This document shows positions 1 to 8,797 of a stretch of 62,403 nt of DNA, in pieces. The notes beneath the pieces were generated by a model that saw only the letters and a list, made by a program, of their open reading frames with translations, was not told the DNA's origin and made no database searches. This DNA is from Planctomycetota bacterium (GTDB taxonomy: Bacteria > JAJVIF01 > JAPKYR01): assembly GCA_030614715.1 (NCBI GenBank), contig JAUWTM010000006.1:1-62403 (forward strand), given 5' to 3'. Numbering within the stretch: position 1 is the first letter of the stretch; each line of letters begins with the position of its first letter. The translations under genes were made by a program, and so were the position numbers.

Positions 1-558
1 GAACTGCCTTCCGGCGAACCCATATTTCCAGCAAACGGACTTGCTGTATACAACATGGGTGACGGCAGTCCGAGCACGGTCGAGGGTGATCTTGTCGGCT
101 GCAGGACCGCTTACACGGTCGCAAGGACTCACCAGATCATACTGGATTCACACGATCCGTACGTCATCGGGCTGACCACTTTCCGGTATGAAAACACCCA
201 GTACTGGAAGGCAGGAGCGGTAGCACAACCGCTGGAACGGGGCGATATCGCAGCGGTGTCGGGACAGGTGCGATTTTCCGACGGATTAAGCCTTCAGAAC
301 CATACCGAACTCTGGGGAGAGGTGACTATCGAGTTACTCGATCCACTGACACCGTACGTACTCGATCACCCAGCGTACAGGACGTCGATTGATATCGTCG
401 GAGTTGTCGACGGCAGTTACATATTCCCCGACATCCCGAGGGGCACGGTCACGATAAGGGCGGTAGCTGACGGCTGGGAGAGCGACCCTGTAGTTGTCGA
501 TCTTCCCGAAAACTATGCTTACAGGGACCACATCGACCTGATAATGCACCCTATATAA
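1..558 (+). CDS. 5'-truncated hypothetical protein with a C-terminal carboxypeptidase-regulatory-like (transthyretin-like) domain
   Basis: Frame 1 is open from base 1 to TAA at 556-558. The C-terminus 'DGSYIFPDIPRGTVTIRAVADGW' fits the carboxypeptidase-regulatory-like pattern. Confidence 0.55.
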   Translation, partial: ELPSGEPIFPANGLAVYNMGDGSPSTVEGDLVGCRTAYTVARTHQIILDSHDPYVIGLTTFRYENTQYWKAGAVAQPLERGDIAAVSGQVRFSDGLSLQNHTELWGEVTIELLDPLTPYVLDHPAYRTSIDIVGVVDGSYIFPDIPRGTVTIRAVADGWESDPVVVDLPENYAYRDHIDLIMHPI

Positions 559-605
559 GTGACCACCATGTGGCATGTGTGTCCCGCACATGCTAAAACT
601 GACCC

Positions 606-3224
606 ATGAGCGAATCCGTTATTCCCGGACGTCACATCGAGACTCTTCCCAACGGGCTGACCATCCTGCTGCAGGAAATCAGGCAGTATCCTGTCGTGCT
701 CTTCGACGTATGGATCCGCGCTGGACTTCGCGATGAACGTGACAACGAATGGGGCCTGTCGCATTTTCTCGAACACATGATGTTCACCGGGAATGAGAAC
801 GTGACAAGGGATGATTTCACGCAGTCACTTTATCGTATCGGCGGCGATGACAACGCGGGAACATGGGAAGACGTCACCGATTACTACATCCTGGTAACGT
901 CGGATCATTTCAACCGCGGACTTGAGCTTCATTCATCCCTTCTTTCAGAACCGCTGCTTGACGAGGATGAATTCAACAAGGAACGCGAGGTGGTTATCGA
1001 GGAGATACACATCTACGAGGACGATCCCGAGGCGACAATCAGCGAGAAAACGGAGAATATCATCTACAAAAACACCGGCTACGACCACCCGATCCTCGGT
1101 ACCGTCGATTCCTTGAGGGTAATGACACCCGACCTGATGCGGGATTACTACCGTCGTCATTACGTCCCCCATAAAATGCTGGTAACTATTGTGGGTGACT
1201 TCGATACCGCTGAAGTGCTGCCGGTGATTCGTGAAAAATATTCGAAGATACAAGGTGATCCGAAGTCTGTAAGCCGGGAATCACCTGAAGTCCCGTTCGA
1301 AGGACCTGAAATTCACATTCGCTCATCGGACATTGACTCAACTTACATCGCGATCTGTTTCAAGGGTCCTCCGCTTCGGAGTATGGACACGTACGCGCTC
1401 GATATACTCATGGAAGCGCTTGGCGGATGCCGCTCGGCACGCCTGAACTCAAGGCTGTTCGAGGAATTGAACCTTGTCACGGACATCGAGGCGTACAACA
1501 TGTCGTACATGGATGCTGCTACGATCTCCATCGATGTTGAACTCACTGAAACGGACAACATCCAGGCTTCACTCGACGAAATTTTTACGATATTGATCGA
1601 TACGATCGCTCATGAGCTTGACGAGGGTGAGATCGAAAGGGCAAAGACGAGGATGATGGCGGACCGGGTCTTCAAGAACGAGGACTCGATGGGAATCAGC
1701 AATTTCTACGGCTCAAACATCTCTCTCGGCAGCCTGGAGATAGCTGAAAAGTATCTCGATCGACTAGCAAGCGTGACATCAGGGCAGATTCTGGATGTCG
1801 CACGCAGGTACATCCGTCCCGGTAACATGGCAATCGGCATTCATCATCCTGAGAAGGCCGGGAAGGTAGAAATTTCGCTGGAAAAATTTGTTCCGGGTGC
1901 CCATGAGCCGGTTCACCCGGCATTACCGCATGGTCGGATAACCACTGGCATTGAAAGGTCGCGCGATCATACCGGGAACCTCGGACCAGTTGTGCGTGAG
2001 GAGTTGCCAAACGGAGCCGTGTTCTACTACCAGAATAACCCGCTGAATCCGTGTGCAGCAGTCCACGTTTACATTCGGGGAGGCCTGGTCTTCGAAACCT
2101 GGGACACGAACGGTATTTCAGAGGTTATGCAACGCGCGCTGCATAAGGGCACGCAATATAAATCGGCAACGGAGCTGAACCTCGCGATCGATGCGCTCGG
2201 AGCGTCGGTCGATGCAGACACCGGACGTGACTTCCACGCCTTCACAACCCTTTTCCTGTCGCGCGATTTCGATATCGGCTCCAGGCTGGCTGCCGAAATG
2301 CTTCTCGAACCCGCGTATTCTGAAGATGAGATCGAGAAAGTAAAGGATGAGGTCAAGGGCGCGATTATCCAGTCACAGGATGAGATGGACGATGTCTGCT
2401 TCGAGCGTTTAAGGCTCGATGTGTATGGAAAGGACCACCCGTACGGCAGACCGTACCTCGGAAGACTCGAATCGGTCGATAAGCTCAATGCAAAGCAGAT
2501 ACGCGAATTCCATAAGAGAATTTACACTCCTGAGAACCTGGTTATATCTATCGTGGGAGACATCGACGAGAACAAGGCCCGTGAGTTCGTACACGAAAAA
2601 TTCGGAAGCCTCGAACGTACCGGACTTCAGCTTCCACCGATCAAACCTCCCCGTAATGTTGACACCGAAAAAATACTGAAGCTCTCACGCGATAAAAGCC
2701 AGGTCAGGCTTGCGATCGGAAGACCCGCGCCGACCATGCCCCACCCGGATTTTCCAGTGCTCGTGCTTCTCGACGCTGTCCTGGGCGGAAGCTCATACTC
2801 ACGCCTTTTTGAGGTACTGAGGGAGAGGGACGGACTCGCGTACGATGCGTATTCGGATATCCTGGGAGGACGGTACGAGGGCATATTCCATTCATACCTC
2901 GGTACTGCACCAGAGAATTACCAGGATGCAATCGACGGGATCAAATCAGAATACAAGCGAATGATCGAAGAGGGTCCCGGTGAAGAGGAGATGTCCAATG
3001 CGAGAAACTGGCTGAAGGGCCATACGCTCATCTGGCGCCAGGGAAACGAGGAACTCGCGGAGAGAATGGGCATCCATGAGTGCCTTGACTTACCTCATGA
3101 TTTCGACCTGAGACTTCTGGCCGCTGTAAAAACAGTGACTGCCGGTGACATCAACAGGATCGCGAAAGAGATTCTCGACCCCGACAGGCAGGTAATATCC
3201 ATCTGCGGCCCGATTGACGTCTGA
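606..3224 (+). CDS. M16 family (pitrilysin/insulinase-like) zinc peptidase, fused two-unit form
   Basis: 872 aa with inverted zinc motif HFLEH and downstream 'EREVVIEE'. The second M16 unit has a degenerate motif plus 'SRLFEVLRERDGLAY'. Confidence 0.93.
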   Translation: MSESVIPGRHIETLPNGLTILLQEIRQYPVVLFDVWIRAGLRDERDNEWGLSHFLEHMMFTGNENVTRDDFTQSLYRIGGDDNAGTWEDVTDYYILVTSDHFNRGLELHSSLLSEPLLDEDEFNKEREVVIEEIHIYEDDPEATISEKTENIIYKNTGYDHPILGTVDSLRVMTPDLMRDYYRRHYVPHKMLVTIVGDFDTAEVLPVIREKYSKIQGDPKSVSRESPEVPFEGPEIHIRSSDIDSTYIAICFKGPPLRSMDTYALDILMEALGGCRSARLNSRLFEELNLVTDIEAYNMSYMDAATISIDVELTETDNIQASLDEIFTILIDTIAHELDEGEIERAKTRMMADRVFKNEDSMGISNFYGSNISLGSLEIAEKYLDRLASVTSGQILDVARRYIRPGNMAIGIHHPEKAGKVEISLEKFVPGAHEPVHPALPHGRITTGIERSRDHTGNLGPVVREELPNGAVFYYQNNPLNPCAAVHVYIRGGLVFETWDTNGISEVMQRALHKGTQYKSATELNLAIDALGASVDADTGRDFHAFTTLFLSRDFDIGSRLAAEMLLEPAYSEDEIEKVKDEVKGAIIQSQDEMDDVCFERLRLDVYGKDHPYGRPYLGRLESVDKLNAKQIREFHKRIYTPENLVISIVGDIDENKAREFVHEKFGSLERTGLQLPPIKPPRNVDTEKILKLSRDKSQVRLAIGRPAPTMPHPDFPVLVLLDAVLGGSSYSRLFEVLRERDGLAYDAYSDILGGRYEGIFHSYLGTAPENYQDAIDGIKSEYKRMIEEGPGEEEMSNARNWLKGHTLIWRQGNEELAERMGIHECLDLPHDFDLRLLAAVKTVTAGDINRIAKEILDPDRQVISICGPIDV

Positions 3225-3270
3225 TTTCCCCTGAAATCTAACCGGAAATAATCAAAGGTGCCCAGGGAAA

Positions 3271-3373
3271 AGGGGACTGTCACCTTTTCCCTATTTTCTG
3301 ATTTATTTTGAGGACGGGACGTGCTCACGCCGGGTGATGTGGACATTACCCCTCCGTTCAGTCGGCTGCCTGT
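3271..3373. repeat. Intergenic REP-like composite repeat, copy 1
   Basis: GGGGACTGTCACCTTTT motif plus a 64-nt block (3310-3373) that matches 6807-6870 at 59/64 nt. Confidence 0.8.
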
Positions 3374-3499
3374 CCCATTTTCCTGATCCCCTGCTCCCGA
3401 AAATTTAATCAAATTCCCGACTAATGCATCAAAAAGGATGACAGTTCAGTGGATGTCAATTAAGATGTAAGGAGTAACACCGGAAGAGTTCTGCTGTAA

Positions 3500-4582
3500 A
3501 TGGGAATTACACGTACAAAGCCTAAAACTCTCGACAGGTTTGTCGGGTGCATGCTCGGACTCGCATGCGGTGACGCGCTTGGCGCGCCCGTAGAGGACTG
3601 GGACGCCAATACAATCCGCACCAGCCTCGGATTCGTCAAGGATTACCAGACCACGATCCTTGGCCGCGGGATCGTCACCGACGATACGCAGATGGCGATC
3701 CTTCTCGCAGAAAGCATAATCCAGAACGAGCACTTCGATGCGCCGCACTTCGGTTACACGATGGGTGACTGGATGCGCCGGATCGACGAGGGCGAGGAGC
3801 CCGGACGCGGCGCAGGACACACGGTCAGCCTCGCGGGACGGCGTCTCTACAAGGGCACCTACTGGAAGCGGTCAGGGGAATTTTCTGCTGGAAATTCTGC
3901 TGCAGTACGCGTACCACCGCTCGGACTATTCCACTGCAAGCACAAGGAAGCAGATTTACTTCGCGACGCCGCCGACAGCGCGATACCGACACATATCGAT
4001 CCGCTTGCGATTGTCGGTACGCAGGTTTTCGCGGTAACCATCTGCCGACTCCTCGTGACCGATTTCGACAACTTCAACCCTGTTGAGTTCACTAAGGAGA
4101 TCCTGGAGGTTGCGAGGAGCCTTGGAGGACAGGTCGCGGACGTGATCGAGGACCTGATTCCGAGACTCACGGCACGAAATATCGAGGAAATCGCGTTTGT
4201 GGTTCCCGGCGGTCCAAGGGAGATCACACATTTCGACCGCAGCGTGTTCCTGACCGAGGACATCCGCGAGATCGTGCAGATGGGTGTAGGGAAATTCATT
4301 CTCCAGACCCTTCCAGCTGCGATGTACTGCTTCCTCGCGCATCCGTACGATCTGGAGAGCACCATTCTGTGCGCGGTAAACGCAGGTGGGGACGCCGACA
4401 CGATCGCTGCGATGGCCGGAGCGATGGCTGGCACGTTCAACGGCGCGCAGGCGATCCCGTCGAGGTGGTTACCGGACCTCGAGAAGAAAGACATTTTAAT
4501 TGACCTCGGGAATATGCTCTACGACCTCGCTACAGAGGGCCACACACAGAAGGACTTCGGCGGTTGGCGTGTAGTGGAGTAA
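3500..4582 (+). CDS. ADP-ribosylglycohydrolase (DraG/ARH family)
   Basis: Motifs 'GLACGDALG', 'TDDTQM', 'GNSAAVR' and 'GGDADTIAAMAG'. Confidence 0.93.
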   Translation: MGITRTKPKTLDRFVGCMLGLACGDALGAPVEDWDANTIRTSLGFVKDYQTTILGRGIVTDDTQMAILLAESIIQNEHFDAPHFGYTMGDWMRRIDEGEEPGRGAGHTVSLAGRRLYKGTYWKRSGEFSAGNSAAVRVPPLGLFHCKHKEADLLRDAADSAIPTHIDPLAIVGTQVFAVTICRLLVTDFDNFNPVEFTKEILEVARSLGGQVADVIEDLIPRLTARNIEEIAFVVPGGPREITHFDRSVFLTEDIREIVQMGVGKFILQTLPAAMYCFLAHPYDLESTILCAVNAGGDADTIAAMAGAMAGTFNGAQAIPSRWLPDLEKKDILIDLGNMLYDLATEGHTQKDFGGWRVVE

Positions 4583-4590
4583 CCCCAATT

Positions 4591-5370
4591 TCACTCAAAC
4601 CTGATATCTTCGTTCTCGGTCTGCTTCAAGGTTTCCCTTTTACGCCAATCCACTGGATTTTTTTCACGCTCTAAAAATTTATATTTGAACAACGTCCAGA
4701 ATGCCTGAACACCGTCCTTCCACGTAACTTTCTTTCCTTCCATCACGGTTCTGGGATGGTACGTAATCGCGATCTCGCGGATATCAATCCCGCGGTTCAG
4801 TATGCGGGCGGTAACCTCCGGGCAGAACTCGAACCTGTTGCATCTCAGCGGGAGAGATTTGAGGAGATCGGCACGAAACACCTTGTACGCGGTGGCTTCG
4901 TCTGTAATGCGTGCTCTCGGCCAGAAAAGGTTGACCGTCCCGGCGAGAAGCCAGTTTACAAACCTGCTCAGGAACGGAATGTGCCTGTAATACAGAAAAT
5001 AACCCCTGTCCTTGAAGCGGGAGCCGTAGACCACGTCCGCGACACCCGATTCGAAAGGCTCGATCAACTTGTGGTATTCCTCCGGATCGAGTTCGAGGTC
5101 CGCGTCCTGGATGAGCACGATGTCCCCCGTCACTCGTAGAATCCCACTGCGGATCGCTGCGCCCTTCCCTACATTCACGTCGTTCGAATGCACCTTGATG
5201 ACCTGGTCGGTCTCAGCGGCTTTTTCCCGGACGATATCGATCGACTGGTCGCGGGAGCCGTCGTCGACGACTATGATCTCCTTCGGGATGTCGACATCCA
5301 GAACCTTCTGGAGGAGCTCGCCAATCGTCGACTCCTCGTTATAAACCGGGATTATTACGGAAAGTTTCAT
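4591..5370 (-). CDS. Glycosyltransferase family 2 (DPM1-like)
   Basis: Motifs 'SVIIPVYNE', 'VDDGS', 'GKGAA', 'QDADLE', 'VYGSRF' and 'FEFCPE'. Confidence 0.92.
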   Translation of the reverse strand: MKLSVIIPVYNEESTIGELLQKVLDVDIPKEIIVVDDGSRDQSIDIVREKAAETDQVIKVHSNDVNVGKGAAIRSGILRVTGDIVLIQDADLELDPEEYHKLIEPFESGVADVVYGSRFKDRGYFLYYRHIPFLSRFVNWLLAGTVNLFWPRARITDEATAYKVFRADLLKSLPLRCNRFEFCPEVTARILNRGIDIREIAITYHPRTVMEGKKVTWKDGVQAFWTLFKYKFLEREKNPVDWRKRETLKQTENEDIRFE

Positions 5371-5442
5371 TCGCCTGTTCTATAATCCCCGTAAGGATAA
5401 CTATTTGTATCGATAACAGCAAACGATCGAGACGGTATCAAA

Positions 5443-6684
5443 ATGTCATCCACTAAAATACACGCCCTGATTAATATTGGGACGCTTCACACGTTCGCAG
5501 GCGGTCCACGTCGGGGGGAACAGCTTCTGGACACGTCCCCCATTGTAAACGGTGCCATCGCGTGGGACTCAGATGGACGGATACTCGAGGTCGGTACCGA
5601 AGTAGAGGTCAGGGATAAGGTCAGCGGCGGTAATGTCACGTGGCACAATGCAGGAGGGCTGATTGTCACTCCCGGACTGATCGATAGCCACACGCATGCG
5701 GTCAACGCGGGATCGCGAGCGAACGAGTTCGTCATGCGATGCATGGGCACGGAGTACATGGACATTCTCAGGGCCGGGGGGGGAATTCTCAATTCAGCGG
5801 ACCGTACGAGGGAAGCATCGCAGGGACAGATCGTTCAGGTCGGCAGAGAAAATCTGAGACGGTCACTTTCTTTTGGTGTTACGACACTTGAAGCGAAATC
5901 CGGCTATGGGCTGGATACCGAAACCGAGCTGAAAATGCTTCGAGCGATCCGTACGCTGGATGAAACACAGTCGATCCGGTTAAAAGCCACGTTCTGCGGA
6001 GCTCATGCAATCCCGCGAGAATTCAAGGATAACCCTGATAATTACGTCGACCTTGTAATTAACGAAATGATTCCGAAGGTCGCTGACGAAAAACTCGCGG
6101 ATTATTGCGACGTGTTCATCGAAGATGGGGTTTTCACAGTCGATCAGGGCAAAAGGATTCTCGAAGCGGGACTTAAGCATGGCCTGAAACCGAAGGTCCA
6201 CTGCGATGAGATAGTCCCATTGGGCGGTACGGAGATGTGTGTCGAGCTTGGCGCGCTGTCGGTCGATCACCTGATAGTGATTACTGACAAAGGTATCGAT
6301 GCGCTCGCGAATTCCGAGACGGTCGGTTGTCTCCTGCCCGGGACAAGTTATTACCTGAAAAAGCCGTACGCTCCGTGCAGGAGAATGATAGATGCGGGCT
6401 GCCTTCTCGCACTTGCTACCGACAACAACCCTGGATCGTCACGTACTGAGAACCTGCAATGGATTTTAAACGTCGCATGCCTTTATTACGGATTGAAGCC
6501 TGAGGAAGCGTTCAGCATGGTCACGATCAACGCAGCGAAGGCACTGGGGATGGAAGGTGAAATCGGATCAATCGAACCTGGAAAATCCGCGGACCTCGTA
6601 ATCTGGGATGCGCCGGACCTTTCGGAGATACCCTATCATCATGGGTTGAGCCACGTTTCTGAGGTAGTTATATCCGGATCGTAA
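5443..6684 (+). CDS. hutI: Imidazolonepropionase
   Basis: Motifs 'PGLIDSHTH', 'GGGILNS', 'EAKSGYGL', 'GAHAIP', 'KVHCDE' and 'ATDNNPGSS'. Confidence 0.93.
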   Translation: MSSTKIHALINIGTLHTFAGGPRRGEQLLDTSPIVNGAIAWDSDGRILEVGTEVEVRDKVSGGNVTWHNAGGLIVTPGLIDSHTHAVNAGSRANEFVMRCMGTEYMDILRAGGGILNSADRTREASQGQIVQVGRENLRRSLSFGVTTLEAKSGYGLDTETELKMLRAIRTLDETQSIRLKATFCGAHAIPREFKDNPDNYVDLVINEMIPKVADEKLADYCDVFIEDGVFTVDQGKRILEAGLKHGLKPKVHCDEIVPLGGTEMCVELGALSVDHLIVITDKGIDALANSETVGCLLPGTSYYLKKPYAPCRRMIDAGCLLALATDNNPGSSRTENLQWILNVACLYYGLKPEEAFSMVTINAAKALGMEGEIGSIEPGKSADLVIWDAPDLSEIPYHHGLSHVSEVVISGS

Positions 6685-6689
6685 AAACG

Positions 6690-6929
6690 AAATGGGGATT
6701 AAAAATGGGGACTGAAAATGGGGACTGTCACCTTTTTGCGTTTACCCATTTTTTACAAAAGTCCACTTTTCCTGAAGCAAAAAGGATGCCTGTCCCCATT
6801 TTCTGTGAGGACGGGACGTGCTCACGCCGGGTGACGTGGACGTTACCCCTCCGTTTTGTCGGCAGCCTGTATCCTTTCCCATTTTTTCTATTTTTTCTGT
6901 GAGGACGGGACGTGGACGTTACCCCTCCG
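6690..6929. repeat. Intergenic REP-like composite repeat, copies 2 and 3
   Basis: Three imperfect AAATGGGGA(C/T)T units, GGGGACTGTCACCTTTT, CCTGTCCCCATTTT, a full 64-nt block at 6807-6870 and an internally deleted copy at 6901-6929. Confidence 0.8.
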
Positions 6930-6939
6930 GCACTTATTT

Positions 6940-7383
6940 TTAAACATCCGGTTCGCCTTTGCTCGAGGTGTACTCCCTGCAATAGATACAATACGGCAGA
7001 TCGGTCATGTCGAATTCGTACAGCCTGCACCGACCCACAATACCCTTCCCATCCGGAACCTTCCCCTCGAGATAAAGGCATTTTGCGACGTTGCTCCGGT
7101 CCCTGATCCTCTTCGATTTCTCGGTTTCCTCGATTCCCTCCGAGTGCTCACTGAGATAGCTCATCACAACAGAGACTGCACCGATAGCGATCAGGACGGC
7201 ACTCATCAATGCAGGGATGAACTGGCTTCCGGGAAGAACGACAGTTATAAGCCAGATCAAGCCGCCGGCGATCAGAACCGGCCAGCCGATTTTCGAGTAA
7301 AAAGGTGACGTGAGCGCTGGTTTTTCGAGCCGTTCGACGCGGTTCCTGAAATTCTGAAGGTTTTCCCTTGTTTCACGTGTCAC
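6940..7383 (-). CDS. Hypothetical membrane protein, two TM helices and a Cys-rich C-terminus
   Basis: Two hydrophobic stretches followed by 'KCLY...RCRLY...YCIYCREY'. Confidence 0.7.
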   Translation of the reverse strand: MTRETRENLQNFRNRVERLEKPALTSPFYSKIGWPVLIAGGLIWLITVVLPGSQFIPALMSAVLIAIGAVSVVMSYLSEHSEGIEETEKSKRIRDRSNVAKCLYLEGKVPDGKGIVGRCRLYEFDMTDLPYCIYCREYTSSKGEPDV

Positions 7384-7621
7384 GGTCTGAATTATAGGGA
7401 ATCGTACGCAGTACCGCTATAGCAAACTGGATCATCGAAATCCAAGTTGAGTCTTGCGCAGGTCGATATGGAACGATTAATAATCGGCCATTTACCGGAT
7501 GCGATACTAACCTGAGGGCAGCCGGCGACAAGTCGTAAGCCCCGTTTTTAATGCCGAAACGCAATCAGAATTACGTAAATCTTCCTTAGATCACCAATTC
7601 CAATTAAGGAGGTTCTTTTTT

Positions 7622-8029
7622 ATGCGTTTCGGGTTTCTTGTGGTAGCAACGTTCGCGTTATTCGCGAACCTGGCGTGTTCAAGTGCCGATGGCCCTGTCG
7701 CGCCGGACAGTACCCTGGCGGAGCTGCCCTCGTGGGAGTGCACAATCGACGGGGAGACCTATTTCTATGGGCTCGAAGGCCTGCTGGATGACAGAAATCT
7801 GGCGGAAGTCGAACCCGGTACAGACATGAATGCCGACGAACTCAGGGTGTATTTCGCGGTCTTACTGACCCAGACTTACTTCCCCGAGTACCTCTGGCAC
7901 ACTGTCTACAACTACTACGTTTACCCGGTGATGGCAGCCCAGTCTGACGAGGAAGTAAACAGCTGGGTCGTTATCTTCGAGATGAACGGAGAAGATGTAC
8001 CGAACGGTCCTCCTCCTGCTCCGCTCTAG
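7622..8029 (+). CDS. Small hypothetical lipoprotein
   Basis: AAGGAGG RBS, signal peptide with lipobox 'NLAC' and an acidic mature part. Confidence 0.8.
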   Translation: MRFGFLVVATFALFANLACSSADGPVAPDSTLAELPSWECTIDGETYFYGLEGLLDDRNLAEVEPGTDMNADELRVYFAVLLTQTYFPEYLWHTVYNYYVYPVMAAQSDEEVNSWVVIFEMNGEDVPNGPPPAPL

Positions 8030-8149
8030 GGCTTGAGTCAAGAAACTAAGGCCGTAGGTACGGCTTTTGACGGGGGCAGGGTCCTTCCCTGCCCCCCGAT
8101 ACAGCCGTCAGGCCGGTCGCATCGAAAGAACCTCTATAGATCCATCCCT

Positions 8150-8173
8150 GGGCCCGTCTTCAATGACGGGCCC
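8150..8173. terminator. GC-rich stem-loop, possible terminator
   Basis: GGGCCCGTC-ttcaat-GACGGGCCC forms a perfect 9-bp stem; the U-tract is weak. Confidence 0.4.
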
Positions 8174-8233
8174 TCGGATTTTAGGGACGTAACACCGTAA
8201 TATATGCTAATCTATCCTGTTGAGGAATAATAT

Positions 8234-8707
8234 ATGACCGGTAAAAAACTTCACGAACAATACCCGCTTGCAGGACGTTGTGGGCTTTACTGCGGTGCAT
8301 GTGGTGCATACAGATCTCAATTCGATGGTGAAGCGTTGAGGGAAGTAATCGCCATTAAACGCAACGTGCCCGTGGAAAAACTAATCTGTAACGGCTGTGG
8401 TTTGGGAACCGAGGGCACCCTGTGTGAGGGATGCACGATCATCATGTGCCTCGATGAAAAAGGTTTGAGCTTCTGCGGGGAATGTCCCGAGTTCGAGGCG
8501 GATACTTGCGAACAGTTCCGCAAAGCAGCGGACGGTTACATGAAAGTATATGGAATCGATACCCGTAAAAATATGACCCTCGTGAAGGAAGGAAAAATCA
8601 AGGAATGGCTGTCATCGGCAGCTGAGCTGTACAAATGCAAAAATTGCAGGGGACCGATCATTGCGGGAGAGACAAACTGCCATCACTGCGATGAACCTGT
8701 CACCTGA
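8234..8707 (+). CDS. Cys-rich DUF3795-like protein
   Basis: Motifs 'CGLYCGAC', 'CNGC', 'CEGC...C', 'CGECPEF' and C-terminal CxxC pairs. Confidence 0.8.
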   Translation: MTGKKLHEQYPLAGRCGLYCGACGAYRSQFDGEALREVIAIKRNVPVEKLICNGCGLGTEGTLCEGCTIIMCLDEKGLSFCGECPEFEADTCEQFRKAADGYMKVYGIDTRKNMTLVKEGKIKEWLSSAAELYKCKNCRGPIIAGETNCHHCDEPVT

Positions 8708-8797
8708 TACGTCCGGGTTAACCGATCAATAAGTCTAAAACGCGGATCCACGCCAGGCGTTTAAAATAATCCATTAAACTTCAGTTTAAAAGGAGCC

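Noticed and set aside
7440-7620. Riboswitch upstream of the small lipoprotein
   Set aside because: Short hairpins only; no aptamer consensus recognised.
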